A stretch of 63,590 nucleotides of DNA, filler included, from Theionarchaea archaeon (GTDB lineage Archaea; Methanobacteriota_B; Thermococci; Methanofastidiosales; SZ-28-30), in NCBI GenBank assembly GCA_018992565.1. It is 6 parts of 6 records of this genome, joined end to end, with 100 filler letters (N's around TTAATTAATTAA, not from the genome) between each part and the next. Parts side by side here need not be neighbours in the genome. Positions count along the whole stretch, not along the records: positions 1 to 31,034 come from JACVGW010000022.1; positions 31,135 to 38,989 come from JACVGW010000105.1; positions 39,090 to 46,369 come from JACVGW010000107.1; 3 more parts are not named here. One strand, 5' to 3'. Position numbers and translations under genes: made by a program. Positions 30,559 to 40,034 of the stretch are shown in pieces. The notes under the pieces were generated by a model. That model was not told where the DNA came from. It was given only the letters and a program-made list of their open reading frames with translations, and made no database searches. Every line of letters starts with the position of its first letter. The stretch's first letter is position 1.

Positions 30559-30854
30559 TCCTCTGGAATCTGTATTTGTGATGGCCTGTGACATTTCATC
30601 CAGGACTTCATATCAGAGTGCTGGAGAAATCAGGAGGCCAGAAAACTCCTGCATCCAGGATTCTCTCTGTCCTGTTCTTGAAGTCGCATTTGATGGGACA
30701 GTGAGTGTGCAGAGAGGCACTACTGACAGTCGAATGATCGAGCCTTCAATCCTCCTCACAGCTTACCAGAGAGAATAGGATGGAGCAATACTGGAAAAGG
30801 TCAGATGAAAAGATATAAAAGGCCCATTTGCATCAAGGGAGTGGAGGAATACAC

Positions 30855-31034
30855 ATGGATGAACTCATTTTGAAGGCCGGGAGAACAATTGTAGAGACCT
30901 GTTCACGGCTCATGCCATCAGAGAAAGCCACTATCATTACTGATAAAGAGACACTGGTCATTGGCCAGACTATAGAAAAGTTTGCACGGGAAATTGCCAA
31001 AAAAGTCAGCTTTCATGTGCTGGAGGATTATGCT
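30855..31034 (+). CDS. Probable aminopeptidase (M29-like) N-terminus, truncated by contig end
   Basis: GGAGG RBS; ..E KATIITD pattern; only 60 aa visible. Confidence 0.45.
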
Positions 31035-31134
31035 NNNNNNNNNNNNNNNNNNNNNNNNNNNNNNNNNNNNNNNNNNNNTTAATTAATTAANNNNNNNNNN
31101 NNNNNNNNNNNNNNNNNNNNNNNNNNNNNNNNNN
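31035..31134. other. Artificial contig linker (N44-TTAATTAATTAA-N44)
   Basis: Six-frame stop linker flanked by Ns. Confidence 0.97.
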
Positions 31135-31209
31135 TCTATCAAGAGAAGAAAAGAATATACTGATCCGGGGACCTGTATCCAGCTCTCTAAAAAGAAAAGG
31201 AAGAAGGAA

Positions 31210-31980
31210 TTACTTTTTCTCTTCTTTGGGTAAGAACGCACGCAGTATCTCAATGGGGAACGGCAGCACAACAGTGCTGGCATTCTCTGCACTGACCTCA
31301 CTGATCGTCCTCAATGTTCTCAGCTGCAGTGCCATGGGCTCTTCTGCCATGACATGAGCTGCTTCAGCAAGCTTCTGAGCAGCCTGGAATTCACCTTCTG
31401 CATTGATGATTTTGGCTCGTCTATCTCGCTCTGCTTCTGCCTGAGCGGCCATTGCTCTCTGCATCGTCTTGGGGATTTCTACGTCTTTAATTTCTACAGT
31501 AGATACCTTAATTCCCCATGGATCTGTGGCTTCATCAATAATCTCCTGGAGCTTGGTGTTGAGCGCTTCTCTCTCTGCAAGCAGCTGGTCCAGATGAGCC
31601 TGACCAATCACACTTCTCAAGGTAGTCTGTGAGATCTGCTGGGTAGCTGCGATGAAATTCTGAACCTGGACAATGGATTTCTCAGGATCCATGACCCTGA
31701 AGTACACAACAGCATTCACCCGTACGGGGACATTGTCCTTGGTGATTACCTCCTGTACAGGAACGTCAATGACAGCAGTTCGCATGTCAATCCTGAACAT
31801 CTTATCAACGATGGGAAAGATCCAGAACAGACCGGGACCTTTAGCACCGAGTAATCTCCCCAACCTGAAGATAACACCTCGTTCATATTCTTTCACAATC
31901 TTGATTGCATTACTCAGAAAGATCACTATCAGGAAAACGACAACGAGAATCGCCGGATACAATGAACCGAAATTGACCAT
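31210..31980 (-). CDS. Stomatin-like SPFH (slipin) protein
   Basis: EYERGVIFRLGR, QEVITKDNV, QTTLRSVIG, WGIKV, AEAERDRRAKII.AEGE. Confidence 0.95.
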   Translation of the reverse strand: MVNFGSLYPAILVVVFLIVIFLSNAIKIVKEYERGVIFRLGRLLGAKGPGLFWIFPIVDKMFRIDMRTAVIDVPVQEVITKDNVPVRVNAVVYFRVMDPEKSIVQVQNFIAATQQISQTTLRSVIGQAHLDQLLAEREALNTKLQEIIDEATDPWGIKVSTVEIKDVEIPKTMQRAMAAQAEAERDRRAKIINAEGEFQAAQKLAEAAHVMAEEPMALQLRTLRTISEVSAENASTVVLPFPIEILRAFLPKEEKK

Positions 31981-31993
31981 TTTATCACCTCCA

Positions 31994-33322
31994 TTATGTT
32001 TCTTTCTCCACAATCAAGAGAAGACCCTTCCGGTCTATCACTCTTACTTTTTCACCCTTCTTGATCTTTTGTCTGGATTCTGCCTTCCACCGTTCTCCTC
32101 TGATCTTGATCTGCCCCTCGGGGTCTAAATCTTCTACTGCTCTTCCCACCATGCCCAGGATTTCTTCTCCTCCTGTCCTGGCCTTGGTAAGGCGCAGCTT
32201 TATTACCTTGTACAGAGCGAAGGCGAAGAAGGTTACAGTCACTATCGTTGCAGCTATGACTACATATCTGAACTCCACGTACCATTCTCTGGATACAAAT
32301 CGGGATAAAGTCTCTGTATCACCCACACCGACTCTGAACAACATAAGAGAGCCGAAGAACACGCACACTGCTCCTGCAGAAACAAATAACCCAAACGTCG
32401 GGGTTGCTGCTTCAATAACGAAGAATACACATGCTGCGATTATCAAAATAATACCTCCTGTGTTCAGATTTATGTATCCAAACCCAATTAAGGCTAAAAT
32501 CAAGCAGACAGCTCCCAGAGTCTCCGGGACATGCCAGCCAGGTGAAAGAAACCCGAAAATCAACCCATAGATCCCAATCATGAACAGCACATAGGTGATG
32601 GTGGGATTGGTAATCACGGAAAGAATTCTGTCAACGAGGCCCATCTGGATCTCTACGATCTCGGCATCCTTAAGGTGAAGCACCTGCACCTCACCAAATA
32701 CAGGACCCCTGGTTTCCATCCCTTCTGATTTTTCCAGAACTTCTGTCAGATTCGAGGCAATGACATCAGCCATGCCAGCTTCCAGTGCTTCATCTGCAGT
32801 CAGGGTGAGGTTCTCCAGCACGAATTTCTCAGCGAGCGCTGCATCCCTTCCATGGGATTCAGCCAGAGAACGCATGACACCTGCATAGAACCTTTTGTAC
32901 TTCTCAGGAGCTTCCTGTATCTGTCCTGTCGTGGGATCATACCCAATGATGGGTTCACAGGCACCCATGGACGTTCCAGGGGCCATGACCACCAAGTGGG
33001 CGCCCATGGAAATGAATGTTCCTGCAGACGCTGCAATCGCCCCCTGGGGGGCTACATAAATAAGCACGGGAATCTGGGACTGATCAATAAGCTGGATGAT
33101 GCGCATCATGGCATCTCCTGCTCCCCCCGGTGTATCAAGCTGAATAATAAGAGCAGAAGCATCTTCTGACATTGCTGTCACAATAGCATCTTCAAAAACG
33201 CGCTCTGTGGAAGCATTGATCTCTGCTGAAATCTTGATCAAATAGACTTGTTTCGACTGACCTCCAGTCTGGCACGTAAGGAAGAGCAGTGCAATGAAAA
33301 GATACAGATACACTTTTCTCAT
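31994..33322 (-). CDS. nfeD: Long NfeD membrane-bound serine protease (stomatin operon partner)
   Basis: LDTPGG, AASAG, TM region, C-terminal OB fold (GERWKA). Confidence 0.93.
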   Translation of the reverse strand: MRKVYLYLFIALLFLTCQTGGQSKQVYLIKISAEINASTERVFEDAIVTAMSEDASALIIQLDTPGGAGDAMMRIIQLIDQSQIPVLIYVAPQGAIAASAGTFISMGAHLVVMAPGTSMGACEPIIGYDPTTGQIQEAPEKYKRFYAGVMRSLAESHGRDAALAEKFVLENLTLTADEALEAGMADVIASNLTEVLEKSEGMETRGPVFGEVQVLHLKDAEIVEIQMGLVDRILSVITNPTITYVLFMIGIYGLIFGFLSPGWHVPETLGAVCLILALIGFGYINLNTGGIILIIAACVFFVIEAATPTFGLFVSAGAVCVFFGSLMLFRVGVGDTETLSRFVSREWYVEFRYVVIAATIVTVTFFAFALYKVIKLRLTKARTGGEEILGMVGRAVEDLDPEGQIKIRGERWKAESRQKIKKGEKVRVIDRKGLLLIVEKET

Positions 33323-33423
33323 AAGGACATGTGATTCCAGAAATATTTAAAGGTTATGGTTTTTACAGAAGGGAGGCGTTACCTCGTTCTGAGCAGGGTT
33401 TCAATGCATGCAAGAAGAAAAAG

Positions 33424-33513
33424 TGGACTGGGAGGGATTTGAACCCCCGGCCCCCTCCATTTTGGCTGCTGATGTTGCCAAGGAGGTGCGCTTCCGAGCT
33501 GCGCTACCAGCCC
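33424..33513 (-). tRNA. tRNA-Ala(GGC) with a 16-nt intron at 37/38 (33460-33475)
   Basis: Acceptor GGGCTGG/CCAGTCC with G3:U70, A73; anticodon stem CCTCC/GGAGG; TTCAAAT T-loop; BHB helix UUGG/CCAA. Confidence 0.93.
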
Positions 33514-33621
33514 TTACACTAGAGTAACACTATTAAACACAGTAGGACTATCGTATATAAAGATTGTGGTACGGTACAGTCTCCTCATCTGCATAGAGTA
33601 CCTGCCTGCTGACATGAAGTG

Positions 33622-34380
33622 CTAGTAATTCTGACGCCTCTGAAGTTCCTGAGTGATTTTCACAATTCTCAGCAGGTCCACAGCTTCTTCCCGACTGGCA
33701 GCAGCAATGTACCCGCATGAAACCATGATACTGCCTTCCAGGTTCAGCCGCTTGATAGCGACATCAATGTCCTCATTGCGGGGAGAAGGACTGCCTGAAA
33801 CCTCTTTCCACAGTTCATCCAGGGGAAAAGACAGTAAATCCTTAACCTCCATGTCGTCAAAGTCACGCCGTTCTCTTCTGATGATCGTTATCTCTTTCTT
33901 CAGGTCATGTACAGTGCGCTTCAGATGATCTGATTCCTCCAGAACCTTCTCCAAGAAAATCTCCTTTTCTTTCAATTCAGCATATTCAGTTCGCATCTCC
34001 TGGTATTCTTCCTCCTTCACCCTGAGGCCCTCTGTCTCTTCTTCAAGGTCTTTCAACTGAGACAGCATACCAATACACTGCATGGCTGCCCTGATCATTC
34101 CATCTCTCAGTGCTTTCTTGATCTTTGAGGGGTCATCATTATCAGGAAGCTGTATATGCTCCATATGGCCCACAGACAAATCAGATAGCCCATCTTCCAT
34201 GGTTTCAGATGCTACCAGTAGAATATCTGCTCCCCTGGCAGCCTTTCTTACTACCTGTGCATTAACGGTAGGTATAATGGAAGAAATGCTAACATCAATC
34301 TCCATGAATGAAGAGTCTCTCAGAATCTTGGACAGAATTTCAACCTTTTCAGGATCTGTGGCAATTCTGATGTCAATCAT
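33622..34380 (-). CDS. Degenerate TOPRIM-domain + coiled-coil protein
   Basis: MIDIRI...ISSIIPT...[11 protein letters not shown]...VGHME resembles the archaeal toprim/coiled-coil family; catalytic acidic motifs are not present. Confidence 0.65.
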   Translation of the reverse strand: MIDIRIATDPEKVEILSKILRDSSFMEIDVSISSIIPTVNAQVVRKAARGADILLVASETMEDGLSDLSVGHMEHIQLPDNDDPSKIKKALRDGMIRAAMQCIGMLSQLKDLEEETEGLRVKEEEYQEMRTEYAELKEKEIFLEKVLEESDHLKRTVHDLKKEITIIRRERRDFDDMEVKDLLSFPLDELWKEVSGSPSPRNEDIDVAIKRLNLEGSIMVSCGYIAAASREEAVDLLRIVKITQELQRRQNY

Positions 34381-34541
34381 GACCGTTTACTCCATGAGTA
34401 CCCCCTGATTTTCCGTGATCTTCCGAAGCCACAGCTAGAGCACCTCCGCTTCCGGATATGATAAGAATGATTGCCACATCGTCTGCACCTTACATGGGTT
34501 CGTTTGTTCTTCTTTCCAAAAGAAGGGGTACCTTTTCCCAT
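34377..34541 (-). CDS. rpl37e: 50S ribosomal protein L37e (not in ORF track)
   Basis: Manual translation [54 protein letters not shown]; follows Lsm. Confidence 0.97.
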   Translation of the reverse strand: MGKGTPSFGKKNKRTHVRCRRCGNHSYHIRKRRCSSCGFGRSRKIRGYSWSKRS

Positions 34542-34553
34542 TCATACCACCCT

Positions 34554-34781
34554 CTATCTGATGGTAGGTGATATCAGAACGACGTTGTCTCCGCGGACTA
34601 CCACATGGCCCAGGCTCCGTACAGCTTCACCATTGTTCAATTCTTCTGCTTCCTCCAGCACCAAATTCATGTGGATGTCATAACCGACCAGTTTTCCACG
34701 AAATTCTCGTGATCCTTTCAACTCTACGATTACATTACTGTCTAAGGCTTTGTGTATCACATCAAGCGGTTTTTCTGCCAA
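34554..34781 (-). CDS. Sm-like protein (SmAP1/Lsm)
   Basis: [23 protein letters not shown]; canonical linkage with rpl37e. Confidence 0.95.
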   Translation of the reverse strand: MAEKPLDVIHKALDSNVIVELKGSREFRGKLVGYDIHMNLVLEEAEELNNGEAVRSLGHVVVRGDNVVLISPTIR

Positions 34782-35000
34782 AGAATCACCTCTGCGGACT
34801 CTAGGAAAAGGTAAGTATTTAAAGTTAACGGAAGGCCTGACTCACGCAGGTTCTCCTGCAGCAATAGAGAGTAAAGGTGGAACCTTGCCGGCTAGAACAC
34901 TGTACTGAAAGCTCTGGATGCCGTCCATCACACTTGAGTGCCAGTACTTTCATATCCACTCTAGTGCGAAGCATTTTTATATTTCAATGGCAACCGTTTA

Positions 35001-35498
35001 GTGATGGAAATCAAGAAGAGGCATGATCTAAAATCTTCAAAAGTTAAAGATCTCAAGAATCAGGTGAGGGAGGAACTGGGTGAGGAATTCCTGCCTCTCC
35101 TTGATGGTAATCGGTTTGAAATCTGCACAACTGACACTGACATCAACCTCATTGTGGTGGATGGCACCCCTGTACTCATGAAGAAAAAAGTCCTGTTCCC
35201 CACTCTGAGAGCGTTTGTTGATACTGATTGCAGGACCATCAAGCATCACGTCACCGTAGACATGGGTGCTGTACCCTACGTGACTAATGGCGCTGATGTC
35301 ATGCGCCCAGGGATCACAGAAATTGACGCATCCCTGGAAGCAGGAGATTTCGTCATCATCACCGAGGAGCGACATGGAAAGCCCCTGGCCGTTGGGGAGA
35401 CACTGTACAGCAGCAGGGAAATCATTGACATGGACCAGGGAAAGGTGATTAAGACTATCCATTACGTGGGAGACAGAATGTGGAAGCTCACCCTGTGA
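35001..35498 (+). CDS. PUA-domain RNA-binding protein (DUF1947+PUA)
   Basis: FPTL, VDMGAVPYVTNGADVMRPGI, HYVGD. Confidence 0.92.
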   Translation: MMEIKKRHDLKSSKVKDLKNQVREELGEEFLPLLDGNRFEICTTDTDINLIVVDGTPVLMKKKVLFPTLRAFVDTDCRTIKHHVTVDMGAVPYVTNGADVMRPGITEIDASLEAGDFVIITEERHGKPLAVGETLYSSREIIDMDQGKVIKTIHYVGDRMWKLTL

Positions 35499-36026
35499 CT
35501 ACCTGGTTCTCATGTCTTCCAATGCTGCGAATAGCTCTTGCACGTCGGGTGAGAAGTCTTTCCTGTTCCATTCATTTTCCCAGAAGTGCTCCAGCCCCCT
35601 GTGACCTGCCTTCTCATATCGAAGAGCCTGCATATACAGCTCCAGTTTGTCGCATGCAGCCACGATTTTGGCTTCTGGTGTTGAACGTGCGGCAAATTCC
35701 TTCCACAACTCAAGGTAATCCCCCGGGAGAATATCATTGACTGCCTGTTCCTCTGCTCTCTGGAGTGCAGTCTTCCCCAGGTATGTCTGACTTTCATAAT
35801 GGATATCTCCCAACTTGGACTCAGTGATGTCATGGATGAGTGCCATCCTGATCATTTTTTCAGTATCCAGGTGGAGCTGGTCTCCCATGAGCATGCTGAG
35901 AAGAGCTACCCCGAATGTGTGATCTGCAACACTCTCCGGCCTGTCAACACCCGAAAGCTTCCATCCTGTCCTGAAGACATCTTTCAGCTTTTCTGCTATC
36001 ATCATGAATTGAAGTACCTGGTTCAT
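35499..36026 (-). CDS. HD-domain phosphohydrolase (YfbR/HDDC2-like)
   Basis: LK...RTGW, ESVADH, HD, GDI, DKLE. Confidence 0.92.
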   Translation of the reverse strand: MNQVLQFMMIAEKLKDVFRTGWKLSGVDRPESVADHTFGVALLSMLMGDQLHLDTEKMIRMALIHDITESKLGDIHYESQTYLGKTALQRAEEQAVNDILPGDYLELWKEFAARSTPEAKIVAACDKLELYMQALRYEKAGHRGLEHFWENEWNRKDFSPDVQELFAALEDMRTR

Positions 36027-36224
36027 GCTCCTTCTTGAGACCAGGGCTCTTAAGTAGTTGCTCTTTAACCGTTACTGCACCAAGTCCTGGAATATGTCTC
36101 ACCCAGCTGAACTGGATGAGTCATGGGGGAGCTTTCCAGCGTGGGCTGTTGACCGGAACAATAGGGACTCCATCAAATGCTCAGAACTGCTGACCATATT
36201 TTTACCTTGAGCTGCCGACAAAAC

Positions 36225-36264
36225 CGAAAAGTTTATAAAGGGTTCTGTTGTTATAATGACAACA
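36225..36264 (+). promoter_or_regulatory. BRE/TATA plus palindromic operator TGTTGT-N7-ACAACA
   Basis: CGAAAAGTTTATAAA (36225-36239) followed by TGTTGTTATAATGACAACA (36246-36264). Confidence 0.65.
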
Positions 36265-36289
36265 AAACACAAAAATAGGATGTGATATA

Positions 36290-36610
36290 ATGGATGAATC
36301 AACAGAAGACAAAGCAGAAATCAGGATAATTGCAGATAAAGGATCGCTTGAAGCAGTAGAATACTCTGTGGAACTGCTGCGAGACCTGATTCCCACTTTA
36401 CCTGAAATCTCCAAGGAAAAAGTGGAAGAAGCAATTGAGTTGATGAGTCTGGCAAGAGAGAAGATTCTGCCAGAAGTACCCACTATCAAAGAGCTGGTGG
36501 ATACACTGGGAGAAAGAGAAACAGAAGTGCAGGTCAGATTCAACAACCTGACAGTAGATGGTGAAACTCGTGTGCTGATCACTCCACTGCGGAAGATACA
36601 AGACGTATGA
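36290..36610 (+). CDS. Hypothetical protein
   Basis: Acidic 106-aa ORF after a clear promoter; ATGA overlap with the next gene. Confidence 0.75.
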   Translation: MDESTEDKAEIRIIADKGSLEAVEYSVELLRDLIPTLPEISKEKVEEAIELMSLAREKILPEVPTIKELVDTLGERETEVQVRFNNLTVDGETRVLITPLRKIQDV

Positions 36611-36999
36611 TTCCTGTAACCTCGTTGCTCCAGATGACTGACCTCATTCAAGAAGGGTCAGTGGAAATTCAGATCGGGGAAAGCTCCATAATGGTGGAAC
36701 GCGATGTCATCACTGTTGACCTGTGTGGATTGGAGGACTCACTGCTGATCTACAGACAGGACATGCTTCCTCAGCTTCGTCAGCTCTCAGAGCTCTTCTC
36801 AGATGCAGGTAAGACGCTGGTAATCAAGTATGAGCATTCAAGAATGCTGAAACTGGGTGCACATACAGATTCAGTCTTCCTGCGACTCATCGGGTTGGAC
36901 CGTGTTGCAATACGGAACCCCGTGACAGTGTATAGATTTTTAAGAAAGACGAGAAAAGGGGAACTATACTACCCTTTACTACGTGAGGGATGCACATGA
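36607..36999 (+). CDS. Hypothetical protein
   Basis: 130-aa ORF with ATGA overlaps on both sides. Confidence 0.72.
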   Translation: MIPVTSLLQMTDLIQEGSVEIQIGESSIMVERDVITVDLCGLEDSLLIYRQDMLPQLRQLSELFSDAGKTLVIKYEHSRMLKLGAHTDSVFLRLIGLDRVAIRNPVTVYRFLRKTRKGELYYPLLREGCT

Positions 37000-37499
37000 C
37001 AGAAGAAGAGGATCTGAGAAGAGAAGTCGCACGGCTGAAAGAAGAAATCGAGGGACTGAAAACAGAGAAAAAGAACGAGGAAGAGGAGCGAATTATGACA
37101 GCTCTCCAGTGGTTGAACCTGGGGGAGGCTAAGGCTAAGGCATACGTATTCCTGGTAAGAAAGGGGAGAGCTACAGCTGAAGACGTTGCAGAAGGCGCAC
37201 AGCTCTACCCCACAACAGCCAGGGAAGTGCTCAACAGTCTTGCAGCCAGTGGCATTGTAAAGAGGGAGAAGCTGGAGACAGACGGTGCAGGGAGAAAACC
37301 CTTCGTCTACATCCCCATGCCTCCCTCGGAACTCTTGAGAAAACAAGCTCACAATATTGAACAAACTCTTTCTGAGCTTTTGCGGCTTGAATTAGTAAAG
37401 AAAGAAGGAGAAATACAATTCAAGACGCCTCTTCTTCCTATAAGGATTGAAATAAAGAGAATTCGGGGAAAAAATGAAAAGGAATCCTACGAACAGTAA
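36996..37499 (+). CDS. TrmB-type wHTH transcriptional regulator with N-terminal coiled coil
   Basis: AKAYVFL....ATAEDVAE......TAREVL..L...GIV.R....GRKPFVY. Confidence 0.85.
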   Translation: MTEEEDLRREVARLKEEIEGLKTEKKNEEEERIMTALQWLNLGEAKAKAYVFLVRKGRATAEDVAEGAQLYPTTAREVLNSLAASGIVKREKLETDGAGRKPFVYIPMPPSELLRKQAHNIEQTLSELLRLELVKKEGEIQFKTPLLPIRIEIKRIRGKNEKESYEQ

Positions 37500-37526
37500 C
37501 TCATCAAAAAAGAAAGAAAATAGAGA

Positions 37527-37703
37527 TCAATCTTTCCCAAGAAAGATTGCTAGACCACCCAAGATGATGAGGAGCAGACCGATTCCTCCCTTTATGAGGA
37601 CTATGAGCTCCTTGTACCATCCGAGTCCGTAGGACGGAATCAAGGTCAATACACCAATGATGATAGCGATGATCCCTCCCAACAAGATGACATATTTGTT
37701 CAT
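37527..37703 (-). CDS. Small two-TM membrane protein, 58 aa (not in ORF track)
   Basis: MNKYVILLGGIIAIIIGVLTLIPSYGLGWYKELIVLIKGGIGLLLIILGGLAIFLGKD; GGTGA RBS; T-rich tract after the stop. Confidence 0.75.
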   Translation of the reverse strand: MNKYVILLGGIIAIIIGVLTLIPSYGLGWYKELIVLIKGGIGLLLIILGGLAIFLGKD

Positions 37704-37987
37704 CTAAGTCACCATATGGAAGTATGACAGATACTCTTAAAAGGTTTTCGAATAAGAGAAAAGGAATCTCAAAAAGAAGGGTAATTCGTGCCACCAGTGA
37801 ATCATGCTCAATCCAGGGGCGCTTTCTCGTTTCTCTCAATCTGCCCACAGGGAGTGCGTGTCTGGAATTCCATGAGGGCACTGGATTTCCGGTATTCATA
37901 TTCTCTGAAAAAGCACCTTCCTGAAAAAAGAGAAGTCCCTGGAGCCGGGTGCAAACCTTTTTTATAATACTCACCATGGAAGTAGCG

Positions 37988-38740
37988 ATGACTGCGGTAA
38001 AGGTGAGAATACAGGATCTCATAGAGGGTGCTTTTGACGGCACGTGCGTTCATACACTCTTTGGTGAGGTTTCAGAAGCTCGAATTTTAGGTACACTCAT
38101 TGACATTTTTACCACAGATGATGATAGCTACATATCACTGACTGTGGATGATGGGACAGAAACGATCCGAATAAAAGCGTGGCGGCAGGATGTCAAGAAA
38201 CTGAAGCAGTTTTCAAGAGGGGACTTCATTGAAGTGGTGGGAAAGATCAGAGAATACAATGAAGAAATCTATCTGACACCAGAGGTGGTTTCGGTCGTCT
38301 CTCCCAATCGGTGGATCTTGCGAGAGCTTGAATTGATGAAAGGGTATCTCGAGGCGGGGGGCCCTCAGAAAGAAATCAGAACTAAACCGCAGCAACAGCA
38401 GGGGTCCACTGCAGCGCAGGAGGCAGAAGAGCAGGACGTATCCAGAGAACTTCTGCACAAGATGGAACCACTGCAGTCTGAAGAGGAAATCCAAGGTCCA
38501 TCACCTCCCTCTGACACATCTGCTCCCGAAGTGGAGGTTGAGCAAATCGAGGAATTTGAGATTCTGGGAGAAGATGAGGTGGTTGAGAGAGTGCTGGATC
38601 TCCTTGAGAAAGACATGACAAAAGAGGACCTAATTGAACAGTCTGGACTCGATGAAATAGACGTGGAACTGTCACTGAGAGAGCTTCTGGATGAAAAAAA
38701 GATACGAAAAGAGGGAAATACGTACCGCAGAGTGAAATGA
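37988..38740 (+). CDS. RPA2-like OB-fold protein with acidic linker and C-terminal winged helix
   Basis: ARILG, VDDGTETIRIKAW, VEVVGKIREY; C-terminal LRELL...KI. Confidence 0.82.
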   Translation: MTAVKVRIQDLIEGAFDGTCVHTLFGEVSEARILGTLIDIFTTDDDSYISLTVDDGTETIRIKAWRQDVKKLKQFSRGDFIEVVGKIREYNEEIYLTPEVVSVVSPNRWILRELELMKGYLEAGGPQKEIRTKPQQQQGSTAAQEAEEQDVSRELLHKMEPLQSEEEIQGPSPPSDTSAPEVEVEQIEEFEILGEDEVVERVLDLLEKDMTKEDLIEQSGLDEIDVELSLRELLDEKKIRKEGNTYRRVK

Positions 38741-38782
38741 CCAGCCACAAAAAGGATTGATGAAATTCAAAGCATGATAACT

Positions 38783-38989
38783 CTACTGGGCTTTCCGTGC
38801 GAAGTAGAAAATCAGGAAGATTCCCAGTGCGACGAGAGCTAGAGCAAAGACATCAACGTCTTCCACAAATTGCTGTGACACTCCATATACAATAGCCACT
38901 ATCCCCAGGCCAGTGGTAACCCTGCTGATGGGCACACCTATTCTGGAACGACCATAGTTCAGGGCCAGCCATATTATTCCCACACCAAT
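38783..38989 (-). CDS. Membrane protein C-terminus (partial)
   Basis: Hydrophobic ORF running out of the contig end. Confidence 0.55.
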   Translation of the reverse strand: MGVGIIWLALNYGRSRIGVPISRVTTGLGIVAIVYGVSQQFVEDVDVFALALVALGIFLIFYFARKAQ

Positions 38990-39089
38990 NNNNNNNNNNN
39001 NNNNNNNNNNNNNNNNNNNNNNNNNNNNNNNNNTTAATTAATTAANNNNNNNNNNNNNNNNNNNNNNNNNNNNNNNNNNNNNNNNNNNN
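38990..39089. other. Artificial contig linker
   Basis: N44-TTAATTAATTAA-N44. Confidence 0.97.
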
Positions 39090-39091
39090 AG

Positions 39092-39176
39092 TGCGGGGGA
39101 AGGGATTTGAACCCTCGAACTCCTACAAGACTAGGCCCTGAACCTAGCGCCTTTGACCAATCTCGGCAACCCCCGC
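39092..39176 (-). tRNA. tRNA-Leu(CAG)
   Basis: GCGGGGG/CCCCCGC acceptor, CTAGG-TT-CAG-GG-CCTAG anticodon arm, long variable arm, TTCAAAT T-loop. Confidence 0.96.
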
Positions 39177-39249
39177 ATGGTCACACTGTCTAACATAACA
39201 CACCTTAAAAAAGGTTTCTATCACTCAGCAACCCATAACCATACTATCC

Positions 39250-39459
39250 TCAATCCTCCCGAATCACCCACAGTACATTACTAATGCTCACCAGAAGTTC
39301 TTTCCCTTTATTGCCTCTACTATCCACAATGTCATTCAAAACCAGAACATCACCGTCAAATGTCAGCAGCTGACCTGTAAAGACTTCCCCACCATCCACC
39401 ATTACGGAAATGTGATGTCCTGTATACTCCTGCAGTTTGTCCATCATCAGCTTACTCAT
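39250..39459 (-). CDS. Second Sm-like (Lsm) protein
   Basis: Sm1-like FTGQLLTFDGDVLVLND and Sm2-like ELLVSISNVLWV. Confidence 0.7.
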   Translation of the reverse strand: MSKLMMDKLQEYTGHHISVMVDGGEVFTGQLLTFDGDVLVLNDIVDSRGNKGKELLVSISNVLWVIRED

Positions 39460-39533
39460 AGTCAAGAATCCAAAAAAGCATATATAAACCTATTTTCAGC
39501 TGACGGCAAAACTCATTTAAATCCACCTCAGAA

Positions 39534-40010
39534 ATGTACTACATGAAGAAATTTGTGAGTGGATTCCTCCTGGGAATTGGCATTGGCATTTTGGTGTCAG
39601 GGCTACTGGTAGGCACTATTGTAACAGATGTCCAGAGCACTCTAACCACGTACGAAACCCACATTGACAATTTCTACTCATTTACCCATTCTTACAGTTT
39701 TCAGACCCTTCAGAACGTCATGAGCCAGACTGTTACCTTCTATACCAATAATACAACCATCAGAGAGGCTCTGGAGACTCTGGGCATGGGACAACTGGGC
39801 CAAATGCTCCTAGATATTGATGATGGCTTTCAGGTGGTGACAGGATTTTCAGAAGACCTGTACAACACGCGATCCACTGTAGAGAAAGCTTCTACCTGGG
39901 TTACATACATGAAAGCAGCAGGCATACTCTTGATTGCCGCAGGGGGCCTCCTTGGCATTCTGATCTACTATCAGAGCCGTACATCTGAAAGAGAACAACC
40001 CTTGAAATAA
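39534..40010 (+). CDS. Hypothetical membrane protein (TM-helical-TM)
   Basis: Hydrophobic helices at both ends. Confidence 0.72.
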   Translation: MYYMKKFVSGFLLGIGIGILVSGLLVGTIVTDVQSTLTTYETHIDNFYSFTHSYSFQTLQNVMSQTVTFYTNNTTIREALETLGMGQLGQMLLDIDDGFQVVTGFSEDLYNTRSTVEKASTWVTYMKAAGILLIAAGGLLGILIYYQSRTSEREQPLK

Positions 40011-40034
40011 ATTAAAAAGAAGTCAAGAACTGCT

